A stretch of 62,619 nt of DNA, the filler included, from Basidiobolus meristosporus CBS 931.73 (Eukaryota > Fungi > Basidiobolomycota), in the NCBI GenBank assembly GCA_002104905.1. It is 3 parts of 3 records of this genome, joined end to end, with 100 filler letters (N's around TTAATTAATTAA, not from the genome) between each part and the next. Parts side by side here need not be neighbours in the genome. Positions count along the whole stretch, not along the records: positions 1 to 19,506 come from MCFE01001030.1; positions 19,607 to 48,724 come from MCFE01000873.1; 1 more part is not named here. One strand, given 5' to 3'. Below the pieces are notes generated by a model that made no database searches, was not told the origin of the DNA, and saw nothing but the letters and a program-made list of their open reading frames with translations. The translations under genes were made by a program, and so were the position numbers. Shown one piece after another: positions 13,301 to 25,077 of the stretch (within the stretch, counting starts at the first letter, position 1; each line of letters begins with the position of its first letter).

Positions 13301-15330
13301 TTTTGTACTTGGTCCTCACCATGACTATTTACTCTTTTAACCCCAGTGAGGATGTCCAGATGATGAACTGTTGGTTGTTGTAGTCTTCCAACTCCTCTGC
13401 CATAATACATGTCTTCTGGCAAACAGTTAGCGTTCTCATTCTGTTAGGGACAACACTGCAAAAGGTAGACTGTGGTCCTGGGTTGTTTCCCTGCATTGTG
13501 TACCATATGGAGCCATCTGAAGAGTTGGTAGTTGCAGCTTTTGAACTAGTTTCCCATGGTCTACGCAGCAGAAGATCAAAATTGGCCTTCTGGCAGATAA
13601 AGAGAGGGCACCACACCTTGATACCTTGTACATCAATAGGGAATTTATGGACTGCACCATAAAGGGGGCTGGATCCAGAGTTAGCATTGGTCATATTCCA
13701 ACCAATATCTTGATCTATTGGCAACCGTTCTTTGCACCCAAGTGTCTTCCAGTGGCTGAGTGGCATAATGCAGATCTCTGACCCACTGTCAATGTGACAG
13801 TCTACTGGATCATTGCGGATATATCCTTTCACAACAGTTGTGGCAACAGAGTAGAAGGTCCTCTCTTAAGCTTCATCTGTAGGCTTTGAATGATATTTAT
13901 GGCTTATCTGGATGATATTTGTGTCCATATACTCTACTTGATGACATCTTATACAAAGGTGTTCATCAGATGGGGAAACACTCATGATCTCACCAACAGA
14001 CAGTCTGAGGTACTGTTTTAGTGCCTTTTCAGTTATCTGTTGGGGGCTTGAGTTGCTAGCTACCTTTGATGTCATCTGGGAGTTGGGTGGGGACTCATGA
14101 GCAGGTTGGCAACCAGCTCTCTGCACAATAGTAACTTCTGGTTCTCTGTGTCTAGGTTTCTGTGAGGAGGGTCTTACTGGCTCTTCAGCAAGATGTCTTT
14201 TAGTAACATATGTATCAACTTTGTACTTCTTAATGCTTTTAGGGTCATACTGGCAAGACTGAGCAGGGACCTCAACTGTGATCTTTCTGGTGGTAGTGTC
14301 TGGGTTGCTGAACAGCACTCTCATACCACCTTTCCAGAAGTTAGTTGGTATTCTCCTGCCTTCTTTGTCAGTCAACATGCCATCCATGTCAAATGTAAGT
14401 GTTCCTTCCCTTAGCATCTGGCTGAGCTCAGTGCAATATCTCCTAGTGTGTTGGGTGGAATCACATCAAATGCAGCGCCATGGGAGTGGTTTTGGGACCT
14501 TGCTGATGGTCTCAGTAGCTCCATTGACTTTAGGGGCATGTTTTTACAATTGCTTGGCATGTTGGTCAATCCTGTCAGCAGAGTATGTTATCTTTTCAGC
14601 AGTATTCTTCTCATTGTTCTTTTCAGCTGGACTGGGTACATTGGTCTTTAGAAGCCTCATAAAGGTTAATGTTTGCTTGGAGTCAAGTAGAACACGCTTA
14701 ATCTCTGCAAAGCATGGGACTCCAGACCTAGCATCCTTGGCTGCTAGCTGATCCACCTTTCTTGCCAGCTCTTGTGATAATCCTTGGGCAAGATAGAGGG
14801 TCATAGTGAACTCAGTAGTAGCCTGAGACTCCAGGAGTGGTTTGCCCATATCTTCATACTGCTGGATGAACTCTTCAGGTGGTAGCTTGTACAGTCCATT
14901 GTGTCAAAACAGTTGTAGATATTCTATTCCAGAGTATATTTTGGGTTTTCCATACTCTTGTTGCAAGTGGCTTTTCAGTGAGGGCCAGTCTGAAAGCATA
15001 TCTCTCTGCTTAAGTAGCTTGCTGGTTATATCATCTGTGCAGTAGTAGGGGAAGTCCTCAGCCATATCTTGCTCTGAAAGAGTACACATCTTGCAGAGTT
15101 TCTCCTTCTTGAATGTAAAGCTATCCACATTCTTGCCATCAAACTGTGGTGCTCCATAGGAGAGCAGTAGTGGCATGCAGCTCATTGTAATTGTGTAGTT
15201 GGTATGCAGATGAATATCTTTGAGTTTTGAGGGTTCTGAGCTGTAGGTCTTGATATCTGAATGCATGGGAAAAAGATTGGTTGCAATAGCTGGATAAGTC
15301 TGATTGAGTCCTAAAAAGCTTGTGTAAACC

Positions 15331-15347
15331 CCCCATGTTGGGAGCCA
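15331..15347 (-). promoter_or_regulatory. Primer-binding site of G1, tRNA-Lys(CUU)-type
   Basis: Minus strand reads TGGCTCCCAACATGGGG, 4 nt after the LTR end, versus the canonical Lys PBS TGGCGCCCAACGTGGGG (2 mismatches, both at CpG positions). Confidence 0.75.
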
Positions 15348-15351
15348 ACTT

Positions 15352-16428
15352 TGTGGTGGTGTATAAGTCCAAAGGGCAAAGTACAGCCAACACTTCTCAA
15401 GTATGTGTGTGTGTGGGGTGTTCACCAGGTGCAATAACCTCTGGCAAAAGCTTGCTAGGAATACTGGGTCACTTACTGATCTAATGTGAAGGGGGATACA
15501 GCCTCAAGCTTGTCAAGGGAGAACTAATGAACTACAATCCCAACTTAGTTGGTATCTTAACAAAAGTTTATACTGGCTTCAGCATCCTTTGAGATGACAG
15601 TGTACTAAAGCTTCCAAAGTCAGAACAACTGTAAACTCCACCAACAGTGACTTGATAAGAATACAGTTTTGACCAACAGTTACAAAGACTAAAAAGAATC
15701 TTTGCCTGTACAAGAAAAAACTTGGGAAAACAATCAAATATAATAAAATATACCTACTCTGAGTATTCCTCATATGTAGTGCCCTCAAGATCAGTTGGCT
15801 GTCAGCACGGTTTTCTGGGAGTGTTGTCAGGTTGGAGTCAGAAAGTAGTGGTAATAGGTAGCAGTGATCTCACTAATCAATAAGTTGGAATATTGGAAGA
15901 GGGATGATTTATTTGTAAGGGATAGCCTCCCTTAAATACTTTTTTGCTGCTCAAATTCTTGCTAGAAAATACTTTCCAGAAGTTTCCAGAAGGTAGTAGA
16001 GAGCCAATCATGTCATTGTGTACTATAAATAGCTCAAATTTGTGGCGGATTGCTCCATGAGATATAGTAGTACCAAGCCAATCAGATAGTGGTAACATGA
16101 AACCTCTGTGTCATGTAGTTGCCACATGTGGTAGTTGAATAGGAGAGTTATGAAACCAGGATGGTCACATGACGTAGGTACTGCTGGGGATACTTGCCTT
16201 ATATGGTAACTATCTTATCTTGGCATCTTGGAAAGGGATAGGAATAGCTTGTGTAATGTGTTAATAGTGACAAATAGTTTGCCAGGTCACATAGTGATAA
16301 TCACATAGACAGATAGAAAATATTGCAATCTGGGATGTTACTAGCATAGGGAGGGCAATTCTTTTTGGGAAAGAGAACAAATGGGAATGAGCACATCTGC
16401 CTGGGGGTGTCACTCTGACCTCATTACA
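15352..16428 (-). repeat. 5' LTR of G1 (1077 bp)
   Basis: Minus strand TGTAATG...CACCACCACA, followed by the PBS. Confidence 0.92.
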
Positions 16429-16432
16429 GCGC

Positions 16433-17236
16433 TGTGGTGGTGTAGAGGTACTCCTGGGAGAAGCTACACAACTCAAGGTGTGTGAGGTGTCTGATGGGTG
16501 CAATAACCTCTGTGTCTAAACTGCTGGTGTCTTTGTCAATATGTCACTATGGTAAAAGCTCCTGCTTCTCTAGCTTCCTAGGTGCTCCAAGTGTCTCCAA
16601 AGGCCTCTGTGTGTCTTGTGCACTACCCTGAAAAGCTCCTTGATGGCAGGTCTGAGATGTACTGATGAAGGCAGGTGCAGTGATCAACTGCTAATCAATA
16701 AGGTAGAAGTGTTACTGATAGAAGGGATGATTTATTGATGAGGGATTGCTTTCCCTTAAATACTTTTCCTGATTGCCAAGTGATTACTAATGACAAGGTT
16801 CTAGAAGATTCTAGGTATCAGTGGAATTCTTGATGACATCACTATGAGCTAAAAATATGCCAAGAATGTCCTGGAAGGTTCTAAAAGGCACAGCACTCTC
16901 AACCAATCAGGAATCAGTAGTCTGAAACCTGTGCAACATAGAAATACCATATATGGTATTGAAATGGTAGGGATGGTAACACAGAGTTAGGTCATGTGTC
17001 ACGGGTACTGACGCGGGTACTTGCCTTATATAGATACATCTACTGATCACAAAGCTGAATAACATCTGGGATAACTAATGCTAATAACTAATCAGGGTAA
17101 ACATCATATGGGGATAATACTGATAATATGGGCAAAAGAAGAATGGGATAATACTGATAATATAAAATATGGATAAGTATATCATAATGACTATATGAAT
17201 AAACTTGTCTGTGGGAGGTATGTTTACCCTACCACA
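16433..17236 (-). mobile_element. 3' LTR of a related gypsy family (G2), 804 bp
   Basis: Has the same TGTGGTGGTGTA end as the G1 LTR and shares GTGCAATAACCTCTG, GGGATGATTTATT and TACTTGCCTTATAT blocks. A G1-like PPT (TCCACCCCCACTTGAGC on +) follows at 17237. Confidence 0.8.
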
Positions 17237-17275
17237 TCCACCCCCACTTGAGCTAAAAAGTTTCAGGGAACTTTT

Positions 17276-17625
17276 TGTTGTAAAAATTCGTATTTTCCAC
17301 CTAAATATTCACCTAACTTAGTCACTTAGATCATCATCTTCAAATCCTAGAGAATACTGACCAAATTCCTTGTCGGGATTTACTTAGAATATTTTCACCA
17401 AAATACCAGGTACCCAGAACATGAAAATTCTCAAAGTTGTCCAAACAGCCCCAAACTTTGCACACATGTTCTTGGGACCTTCCTTAATCTATTCTACGTG
17501 TTTGTAATGCCAAGACCATGTAAAAGTATAAATACTACTTTTACATTCAATAAATCATTAAGTGAAAACCACATAATCTACTTGTCCTCCCAATCACTTC
17601 CAATATCTCCAAGACTCTTACAACA
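17276..17625 (+). mobile_element. Copia family A 5' LTR
   Basis: TGTTGTAA...TTACAACA, followed directly by the PBS and gag. Confidence 0.95.
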
Positions 17626-17637
17626 GGTTATGAGCCC
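17626..17637 (+). promoter_or_regulatory. Copia PBS (internal tRNA-iMet half-molecule type)
   Basis: GGTTATGAGCCC abuts the LTR and resembles the GGTTATGGGCCC PBS of Drosophila copia-type elements. Confidence 0.8.
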
Positions 17638-17656
17638 CGAGCTGTCACTCTCTGCA

Positions 17657-19506
17657 ATGTCTACTACTGCTATTACTGGAATTTTTCCCTCTGCTGAAAA
17701 GTTGGATGGATCTAACTACCAAGTGTGGAAGGTGAAGATGAAGATGCTGCTACAAGAAAGAGGCCTTTGGGATATTGTCATGGGAGAAGAATGCCCTCCT
17801 AAAAACGTGGGAGAGGAAGCCTTGAAGTACCAGAAGAAAGAACAAAGTGCCTTTAACTGCATTTGCCTTAATGTCAAGGACAAATTGCTAATTCAATGCT
17901 CAAGAGCAAAAACGGCAAAGAATGCCTGGAAAGCATTAGAAGACACCTACCAGTCATGTTCAGCTGCCAAGAAAATGTATCTGAGAAGAAAATTCTTTAC
18001 TACAAAGATGCTGCCAGGAGAAGAAATGAAAAATCTAATTAACAGAATTACCCTGCTGGTAGATGAGATGGAATCTGTGGGCGTACCAACTACTGATGAG
18101 GATGTGATAGTTACCATCCTGAATAGCCTGACAGACGAGTTTCAGGGCCTTGTATCAGCCCTAGAGTCCAGAACTGAAGATGTGACCTTAAATTACGTAT
18201 ATGGAAGGCTCCTGGATGAAGAATTAAGAAAATCAAGCGCCAATAAGAAGGAAGAAGAAAATGCTTTAATAAGCAATGATAACCAACAAAGGAGGTACCC
18301 AAGACCCTACAAAGGCAACAGCAACCTATTTTGCAACTACTGCAAAAGGAAAGGACACACATCAGACTGGTGTTTCAAAAAGAGAGATTATCAGCAAAAG
18401 AAGCCTGAATATGGAAATGCTGCAACAACTGAAGATAGACTATTCATATCTGCACTAAATATGACCACAAACAAGGATTCTCAGACGTGGTATATTGACT
18501 CTGGAGCTTCTCAACACTTTACACACCAAAAAGAACTTTTTACCCAATATCAAGAAATTCCAATTAAGAAGGTTTTCATGGGTGACGATAGAACACTTGA
18601 TGCAGTGGGAGAAGGAACTATCCAAGTAAACCTTAGAAGCAGTGAAGGAAGCCATACACTGACCTTTAAAGAAGTACTCTATGTACCAGAAATAGCCAAG
18701 AACCTACTCTCTGTAAGCAAGGCCACAGCAGAAGGACTCAGTTTCAGTTTTGACAATTCTGGATGCAGGATCACTGATCAAAATGGTGCCCATATTGCTT
18801 CGGGCATCAGAGATCAGAATCTATACAAGTTGACTTATATTCCATCATATCTGGAAGCCAATATAAGTAACTTAAATGAAGAAACACCAATGCTTTGGCA
18901 CAGGAGATTTGGACACATCAATTTTGATTATTTGCGTAAAATGATCAAAGATCAGCTAATTTCTGGAGTGAAAATTGATCCCCCAGCTATTTTGGAGCAC
19001 TGTGAAGCCTGCATATATGGGAAACAAGCCAGACAACCGTTCAAGAGCTCTGGGTTAATCAAAACTAAGAAAAAATTAGATCTAATTCACTCAGATCTGT
19101 GTGGACCTATGCAAAATTTATCCTTAGGCGGGATGAAGTATTTAATCACTTTTATTGATGATTATACAAGATACACATGGGTCTACTTCATGGAGAGAAA
19201 GGAAGAAGCTCTGTCTAAGCTCAGGGAGTTCAAAGCCATGGTGGAGAGAGAAACTGGTGAAAAAATCAAGAAAATACGCTCTGACAATGGTGGAGAATAT
19301 ACCTCAAAACTCTTCATCCACTTCTGCAAAATTCATGGGATAAAGCAAGAGACTACTGTACCATACTCCCCACAGCAAAATGGAGTAGCAGAACAAGCTA
19401 ACAGATCAATAATTGATATGGCAAGATCTATGATCCATGATCAAAAATTATCCTATGATTTTTGGGCGGAATCAGTTGCCACTGCTGTATATCTTAAAAA
19501 TAGGAG
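17657..19506 (+). CDS. Ty1/copia gag-pol, open until the assembly gap
   Basis: LDGSNYQVWKVKM gag start, CNYCKRKGHT knuckle, WYIDSGASQH protease, LWHRRFGH/CEAC integrase zinc finger, HSDLCGP, RSDNGGEY and PQQNGVAE, with no stops. The start is assigned to MSTTA; the longer ORF call from 17498 runs through the LTR. Confidence 0.93.
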
Positions 19507-19606
19507 NNNNNNNNNNNNNNNNNNNNNNNNNNNNNNNNNNNNNNNNNNNNTTAATTAATTAANNNNNNNNNNNNNNNNNNNNNNNNNNNNNNNNNNNNNN
19601 NNNNNN
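19507..19606. other. Assembly gap with TTAATTAATTAA linker
   Basis: 44 N + 12-nt six-frame-stop linker + 44 N. Identical construction at 48725-48824. Confidence 0.97.
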
Positions 19607-20080
19607 AAATACTTATTGAGTGGTGGATTTCAATGGAGTTACTTATTGAGTGTGGGGTTGTGCTTAATGTTAGTGCACAGTATTGGGACTTGTATAGGTC
19701 AACACAATTGGCAGTTGAGGTACAACTGAAGTTTCAGTGAAAATAAATCCATTTGTATGCATGAAAAGTAAGGGAAGTAGTTGAGTCAGAAAGTATGGAG
19801 TGCAAAACAAAAGGCAATAGCCAATTAATGTACACAAATGTAGGAGGTGATAGAGTGTCTGGGATCAGAAGGTGAGAATATTGGCAGGGAACCAATCAAA
19901 GGCCACATATATACTGATGGGATTAAGAATTTTGATAAAGTGTATTGTGAAATCTGGGGAGTAATTTTTCTTCAATAGTCTCTACATAATGTCCTGATGC
20001 AATCAGAACCTCTTAGTCACAGGACTTTGAGTCTGCAATGGCCTTTTGACATGATCATCACAACAATTTCCCATAGGGAT
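19607..20080. repeat. Dispersed repeat family R, copy 2
   Basis: Collinear with 7120-7525 and 33390-33830. Confidence 0.8.
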
Positions 20081-20298
20081 TCCTCTACTCCAGCACCCTA
20101 GAAGGTCAGACTCTTTTGACAGAATATTCAAGTATGTTTCTAGATGAGCTTGAAAGCCTGCCACCAGTCAGAGATGTGGGTCATGCCATTGACACAGGAG
20201 ATAGCCTTCCAGTGAGTAAGATGCCTCAAAGATTGAGTCTTTTGGAGTTGGACAAGATGCAGAGACAAATAGATTGGTTATTGGAGCAAGGATATATC

Positions 20299-21474
20299 TG
20301 TGGTAATGGAAAGTATTCCATTACTACAATATCTCTATACCAATATTGCACTCATTTCTTTATTTTGCTTTTTGCTATCGTAACACAAAAGTGAAAGATC
20401 AAGAATTTCCAACTTTGATGAACAAATGCTCCAAACCCTGACAAGCAATCCACCCAAGAATATTATGTCATACAGAACACGTAGTAGCCAACACATGTTT
20501 CAAATTACAGCTCATTTGAAGCAGTACTTAAGGAGTTATGACCAAAAAAGTCCAACTATTATATATACTATGCCTTATTGCTAGGATTACTATGGTGACT
20601 TTGATCACGTGTAACTTTCAAACCAGTCAGTCAAATCACGTGAAATTTTCACAGGTGCTGCGCCTATGTCCGATCTGCGCCCCTGCAGAGTTTTAGCTTT
20701 GTATCACGTGTATTGCTTGCGCAATTGCCCAAAAACTTTGATCCTTCAAAAAATTTCATATATATGACTTCCCCAGCTGAAAAATAAAAGAGAGCCTCTC
20801 TTTCCAGAATCTCCACACTACAATTACAAGTTTAAAGGTTATAAGACTTCCCCTGCATCACTTGCACTGTTGAGTATTCTGACTTTGATTGGTACTACAT
20901 CAGTAAAGAGACTGCAAAGCTCACAAGAATCCAATCTAAGTTCTACAAGAAACTACCACTTTTCTGTCAGAAAAGTCCCCTCTAAGAAACCCCTTTACTC
21001 TAAAGACACCCCTTTAGTCTAAAGACCCCTTTAGAGACCCCTTTAAGAAACCCCTTTACTCTAAAGAAGCCCCTTTAGGCACCCCTTTAGTGTAAAGTCC
21101 ACTTTAGAGACCACTACAAGAAGCCCCTTTACTCTAAAGACACCCCTTCAGGTTAAAGGGGAGTTCAGAGTTTCCATATTAGGAAATATTTTCTCAGAAA
21201 GGAAAGTGACTTCCAAATAAGGAAAAGTTACTATAAAAGTAAATAAGCCCATTAGTTGACAGAAGGCCAGAACACTGCTGTAGAAGAGATAAACGCTGCC
21301 TACAGTATATTTTGAGCCTAAGATTGAGGAAATTAGTGAAAGTTATATCTTCTATCGGTATATCAAACTCCCAATAACCTATTTCAGTATTAGCATACTG
21401 GAAGTTGTTGTATATTGTTGATTAGCCTCTACATTGTAGAACAAGCCCCAAACTAATCATAATACAACACAACA
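20299..21474. mobile_element. Solo-LTR-like insertion, 1176 bp, 4-bp TSD TATC
   Basis: TGTGG...CAACA ends with TATC on both sides. Removing it restores the G3 RT frame [10 protein letters not shown]. Confidence 0.8.
20985..21150 (+). repeat. Degenerate tandem array of CCCCTTTA-containing units
   Basis: About nine units such as AAACCCCTTTACTCTAAAG, ACACCCCTTTAG and AGACCCCTTTAG. Confidence 0.85.
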
Positions 21475-22640
21475 TATCACACCCAGCAAGTCACCTTGGG
21501 GAGCATCAGTACTTTGTGTGAAAAAGAAGGATGGAACACCTAGGATGTGCATTGACAACAGAGCCCTCAACTCAGTTACTGTGAAGAATAAGTACCACCT
21601 ATCTTGATTGATGAGCTTTTGGACCAACTCAATGGAGCCATCATATTCAGCAAGATTGACCTCATGTCAGGATACAACCCAATTAGGGTGAAACAAGCAG
21701 ACATCCCTAAGACAGCTTTCAGAGCCAGATATGGACACTACAAGTACTTAGTCATGAGTCTTGGCCTTACTAATGCCCCTGAGAAGTTCATGACCATGAT
21801 GCAAACAGTCTTCCAAGAGTACTTAGACAAGTTTGTAGTAATCTAACTAGATGACATATTAGACTTGTTCCATTGTACCATGCCAGGGCATGCAGCGCAA
21901 TCCGCGGTTGTACAGAATGATTGGGTGCAATATTATAGCTACCAGAAGGCAGGATTGTTCTTGGACAATTTTGCACTATGTGGGACAATCTTGCACACTA
22001 TAGCACAATCTGACATAATGAGGTTGGCACGGATGATTGTGCCAACTCATAATGTTTGCATCACATGCCCAACTGGATACCGCTATTATGGCAGGTAAAA
22101 TCTGGTATTTGGATATGTTTCTTTAATGTAAATGAAAATAAATGTGTATCACACTATAAACTACACTGATATTTACCATTTTGGTTACCATCACTCCAAT
22201 TGGATGGTATCTCAGTGGTTAATTGGTCCAAAAGTATCCTGAAGCTGGCAGCCCCCAATTGGCTCATTGACTACTAAACAAGCTACCTGATTTGCCATCA
22301 AATATCCCTTTTTGCCCATTGGGCAAGTAAATCTCTGATCCTAGTGATTGGACAAGGTGTCATAGCTAGCATGCAAGCAATCAGGTAGGTGCAAAACAGA
22401 TCCAATAGCTGCACTGGTGTTGCAGATGATGTATATATATGCAGGGTGTTTATTTATAGGGGTTCTGTCTCAAATGTGAGATGTCCTTGATATTACTTCT
22501 ATCAAAAATTCAATGACCACTGATTTGCAATGGCTTAATTTGGATTGCAAAAAAATGGGTTGTTGGGATCATCACAAATAATAGCAATTCAAAGCAATTG
22601 CATCATCTTCTCCTGGGTTTTTTCTCACAGGGATTACTAC

Positions 22641-23834
22641 TTAAGCATTTGGTAGTGACTCACTTTGCACACCTATACTACTTCCTGGCTGACTATCATC
22701 TTGGCTACTTGTGTATTTGTAGTCAGTATCTTGCCTCCTAGTTGATGAGTGCAATGCTGCAGCTTGGTTACGCTGAATTGCTCCAATTGAACCAACTGAA
22801 CCAGCCTGTAGTGCCACATGCTGACGTGTTCTTTTACTTGCCAAGGGCTCTGGTGGTTGAGGCACTTCATGTTGGTCATCATTAGTCAGCTCACCAGAAG
22901 TAACTCACTGATTGTTAGGCAAAAAGGCACACGCAGGCGCAACTTGGTGTGTTAAGATGGCCCTTGGCTGAGTTCTATGTGATGCTGCATGTTGACGCAA
23001 CTTGGTCCACTCCAATGGACCCATGTCTAAATGAGCAGCTTGGCAAGTTCTGGTAATTTTGCTCTGAAGCACACGTGTTGACTCAATGCAGGGTGTTCTG
23101 GTAAAGGGTGTTGGTGTAGTCTGGACTGATGTGCGCCAGCATGCTGTGGTTGCAAGAGATGGTAAGGAATCCAGCAAGGCATGCAGGCGTAATCTGGACA
23201 ATGTTGCTTATGGTCTGTATTCTTCCTCCTGAAGCTCACCAACTGATTCCTCAAGGTATTCACTTACCCTCTGTCTGATACTTTGGAGCTGTTGCCTGGA
23301 TGAGTCCTGTGTATATTGCTCTTGGAAGCCACTTAGCTCTACTAATATATCATGTAGTATATTAGTCATTTGAGGCAAAAACTCATTCAAAATCTCTTTG
23401 GTTCCCAAAGTTGAAGCACAAACAGACACATCTGGCCCATACTGTGTAAATTGCACGCAAAATTGTTCACGCATGGCTTCTTCATCAAATCCCCTCACTC
23501 TCAGCTCATTCTTGACTTCAATTCTTGTTTTTTTATATATCTTCTTACATACATTGGCTGGCATCTTGATGTAGAACTCACGCCACAGCTTTCTACTCCA
23601 ATTCTTCCATCTTTGCTGACTCTCTGAGGTATCTAGTTCTGCTAGATTAATCAGTAGTGCCCAAATATCTGTATGAAGGCTCATCATAGACACTTGGGCC
23701 ATACTAAAATCATTTGGCAAGAACTCAAACTGATCCAACATTGACTTTTCTGGTCTTGACTGCGCTTGTGAGCTGGGGGATAGGTTTTGTCTGGGTTGTA
23801 CTAAAAAGGAGTTGAGACTTGGTATGGGGACCAT
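22641..23834 (-). CDS. Second ORF of the Harbinger-like element, function unknown (broken or spliced)
   Basis: A 208-aa ORF at 23208-23834 plus downstream ORF pieces, divergent from the transposase and inside the TIRs. I could not recognise a Myb/SANT motif. Confidence 0.55.
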
Positions 23835-24193
23835 AGCAATGGATTTAGATAGTTATACAGCAGTATATTGGCATCAACCTGGTCTTATATGAAATATATA
23901 TGAAAACTAATGTGATTGTTGAATTTTCCATTTATTATGCATGATGCATCTTAGATTGCGTTGACACGGATCAGATCACATCAATTGCAGATTTCCTATT
24001 TAATTATAGACCTATGAGTAAAGCATCAATAAAAGTACCAAGACATTATTTGCGGATGATTTTTGCAACATAATGATGAGATACATGGCAATTGATGGAG
24101 ATTTAATCATAATGCATAAAAAATCTGATAAATAATGTCGATCATGCCAAATCAATTCAAACCACCTCCATACAATCATCCACCAACTTTAAT

Positions 24194-25077
24194 ATGACTT
24201 ACTCATCTGAATGGTCTTTTCTCATCAATCCCATCACTACCACTGGATTTCCTTTTGACACACCAGAGGAAATCTATTTCAAGTACTGTGGACCATCTAC
24301 CCCAATCTACTCAAGGAGATCCCTTGTTAAGCTTCTCTGCTATTACAAGAACTATTGCCCTACAAGGTTTCATCCCACCATCCATGGCAACAAAAGTCCT
24401 AGAAGCTTTCATTCCCAGCTGACAGCAATGGAGAACCACCTTGCAGAGTGTATGAATGACTTAGAGCAAGCTTGGAATACTAGGTTCAGAAGCTCCAATA
24501 GACTTCCAAATCCCAGAGTGTTCAGCAACAGGTTCCATATCAGGAGTATCTTGGATACCTTCCCAGTGAGGATTAACAGACCTTCTAGAGGGCAGAGGCA
24601 CTTTTATTCTGGCAAGTACAATGCACACTGTGGGAAGTTTCAAGCACTGTCTGACATTGAGGGTACATCATCTGGTATAGTGGGCCATTTGCTGGAAGTA
24701 GGCATGACAAAGCACTCTGGGTAGAGAATCATCCTGAATTCAGTAGAGGGGAGAAGTGTATGGCAGACTTAGCCTATATAGGAGAGGATTGTCACAGACT
24801 AGGATTTATTACAGCTTATAGGAAGCCAAGGAATGGTGTTCTTAGCAGGAAGCAGAAGCTCTACAATAAGATGTTTAATCACTTCAGAGTGAGGGTAGAG
24901 CACACATCTGGATATCTGAAGAGATTCAGCATATTAGCAGGTAAGTACAGAGGAAAGTCATATAAAGGAGAAAACAGCAGAATAGGTAAAGTAGTTAAGA
25001 TACTTATTAATGCACAGTATGCTCATACAAGAATACATCCACTGAGAGAAATGTGTCTGGAGCATTATGAAGAGTAA
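24194..25077 (+). CDS. DDE_Tnp_4/HARBI1-like transposase with one frameshift near 24665
   Basis: ILDTFPVRINRP...FYSGKYNAH, then (frame change) IIWYSGPFAGSRHD, ADLAYIG and NHFRVRVEH. A DDE triad is visible. Confidence 0.9.

Larger units (their letters stand above)
8891..16428 (-). mobile_element. Full-length Ty3/gypsy retrotransposon (family G1, degraded), inserted in copia gag
   Basis: Two LTRs (8891-10317 and 15352-16428), a PBS, a PPT (10318-10333) and a 4-bp TSD GCTC/GCGC. Domain order is gag, protease (HIDSGSEI), RT (YDLYSGY, VFADDNGIKG), RNase H (VDASP) and integrase (HPQANGMVERG, KWSGPF). The TKYKTVDQKIKP motif recalls fungal Ylt1-like elements (inference). Confidence 0.93.

Noticed and set aside
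17498-17656. N-terminal extension of the copia ORF through the LTR, and similar small ORFs in other LTR copies (483-692, 28580-28789, 34647-35153)
   Set aside because: Chance open frames in LTR sequence with non-ATG starts. The recognisable gag begins after the PBS.
19551-19562. Perfect palindrome TTAATTAATTAA inside N runs (also at 48769-48780)
   Set aside because: An artificial scaffolding linker with stops in all six frames, at an identical position in both gaps; not biological.
20985-21150. CCCCTTTA array as a telomere-like or CRISPR-like repeat
   Set aside because: Units are irregular and degenerate, lack unique spacers and lie inside an LTR; there is no CCCTAA register and no cas genes.
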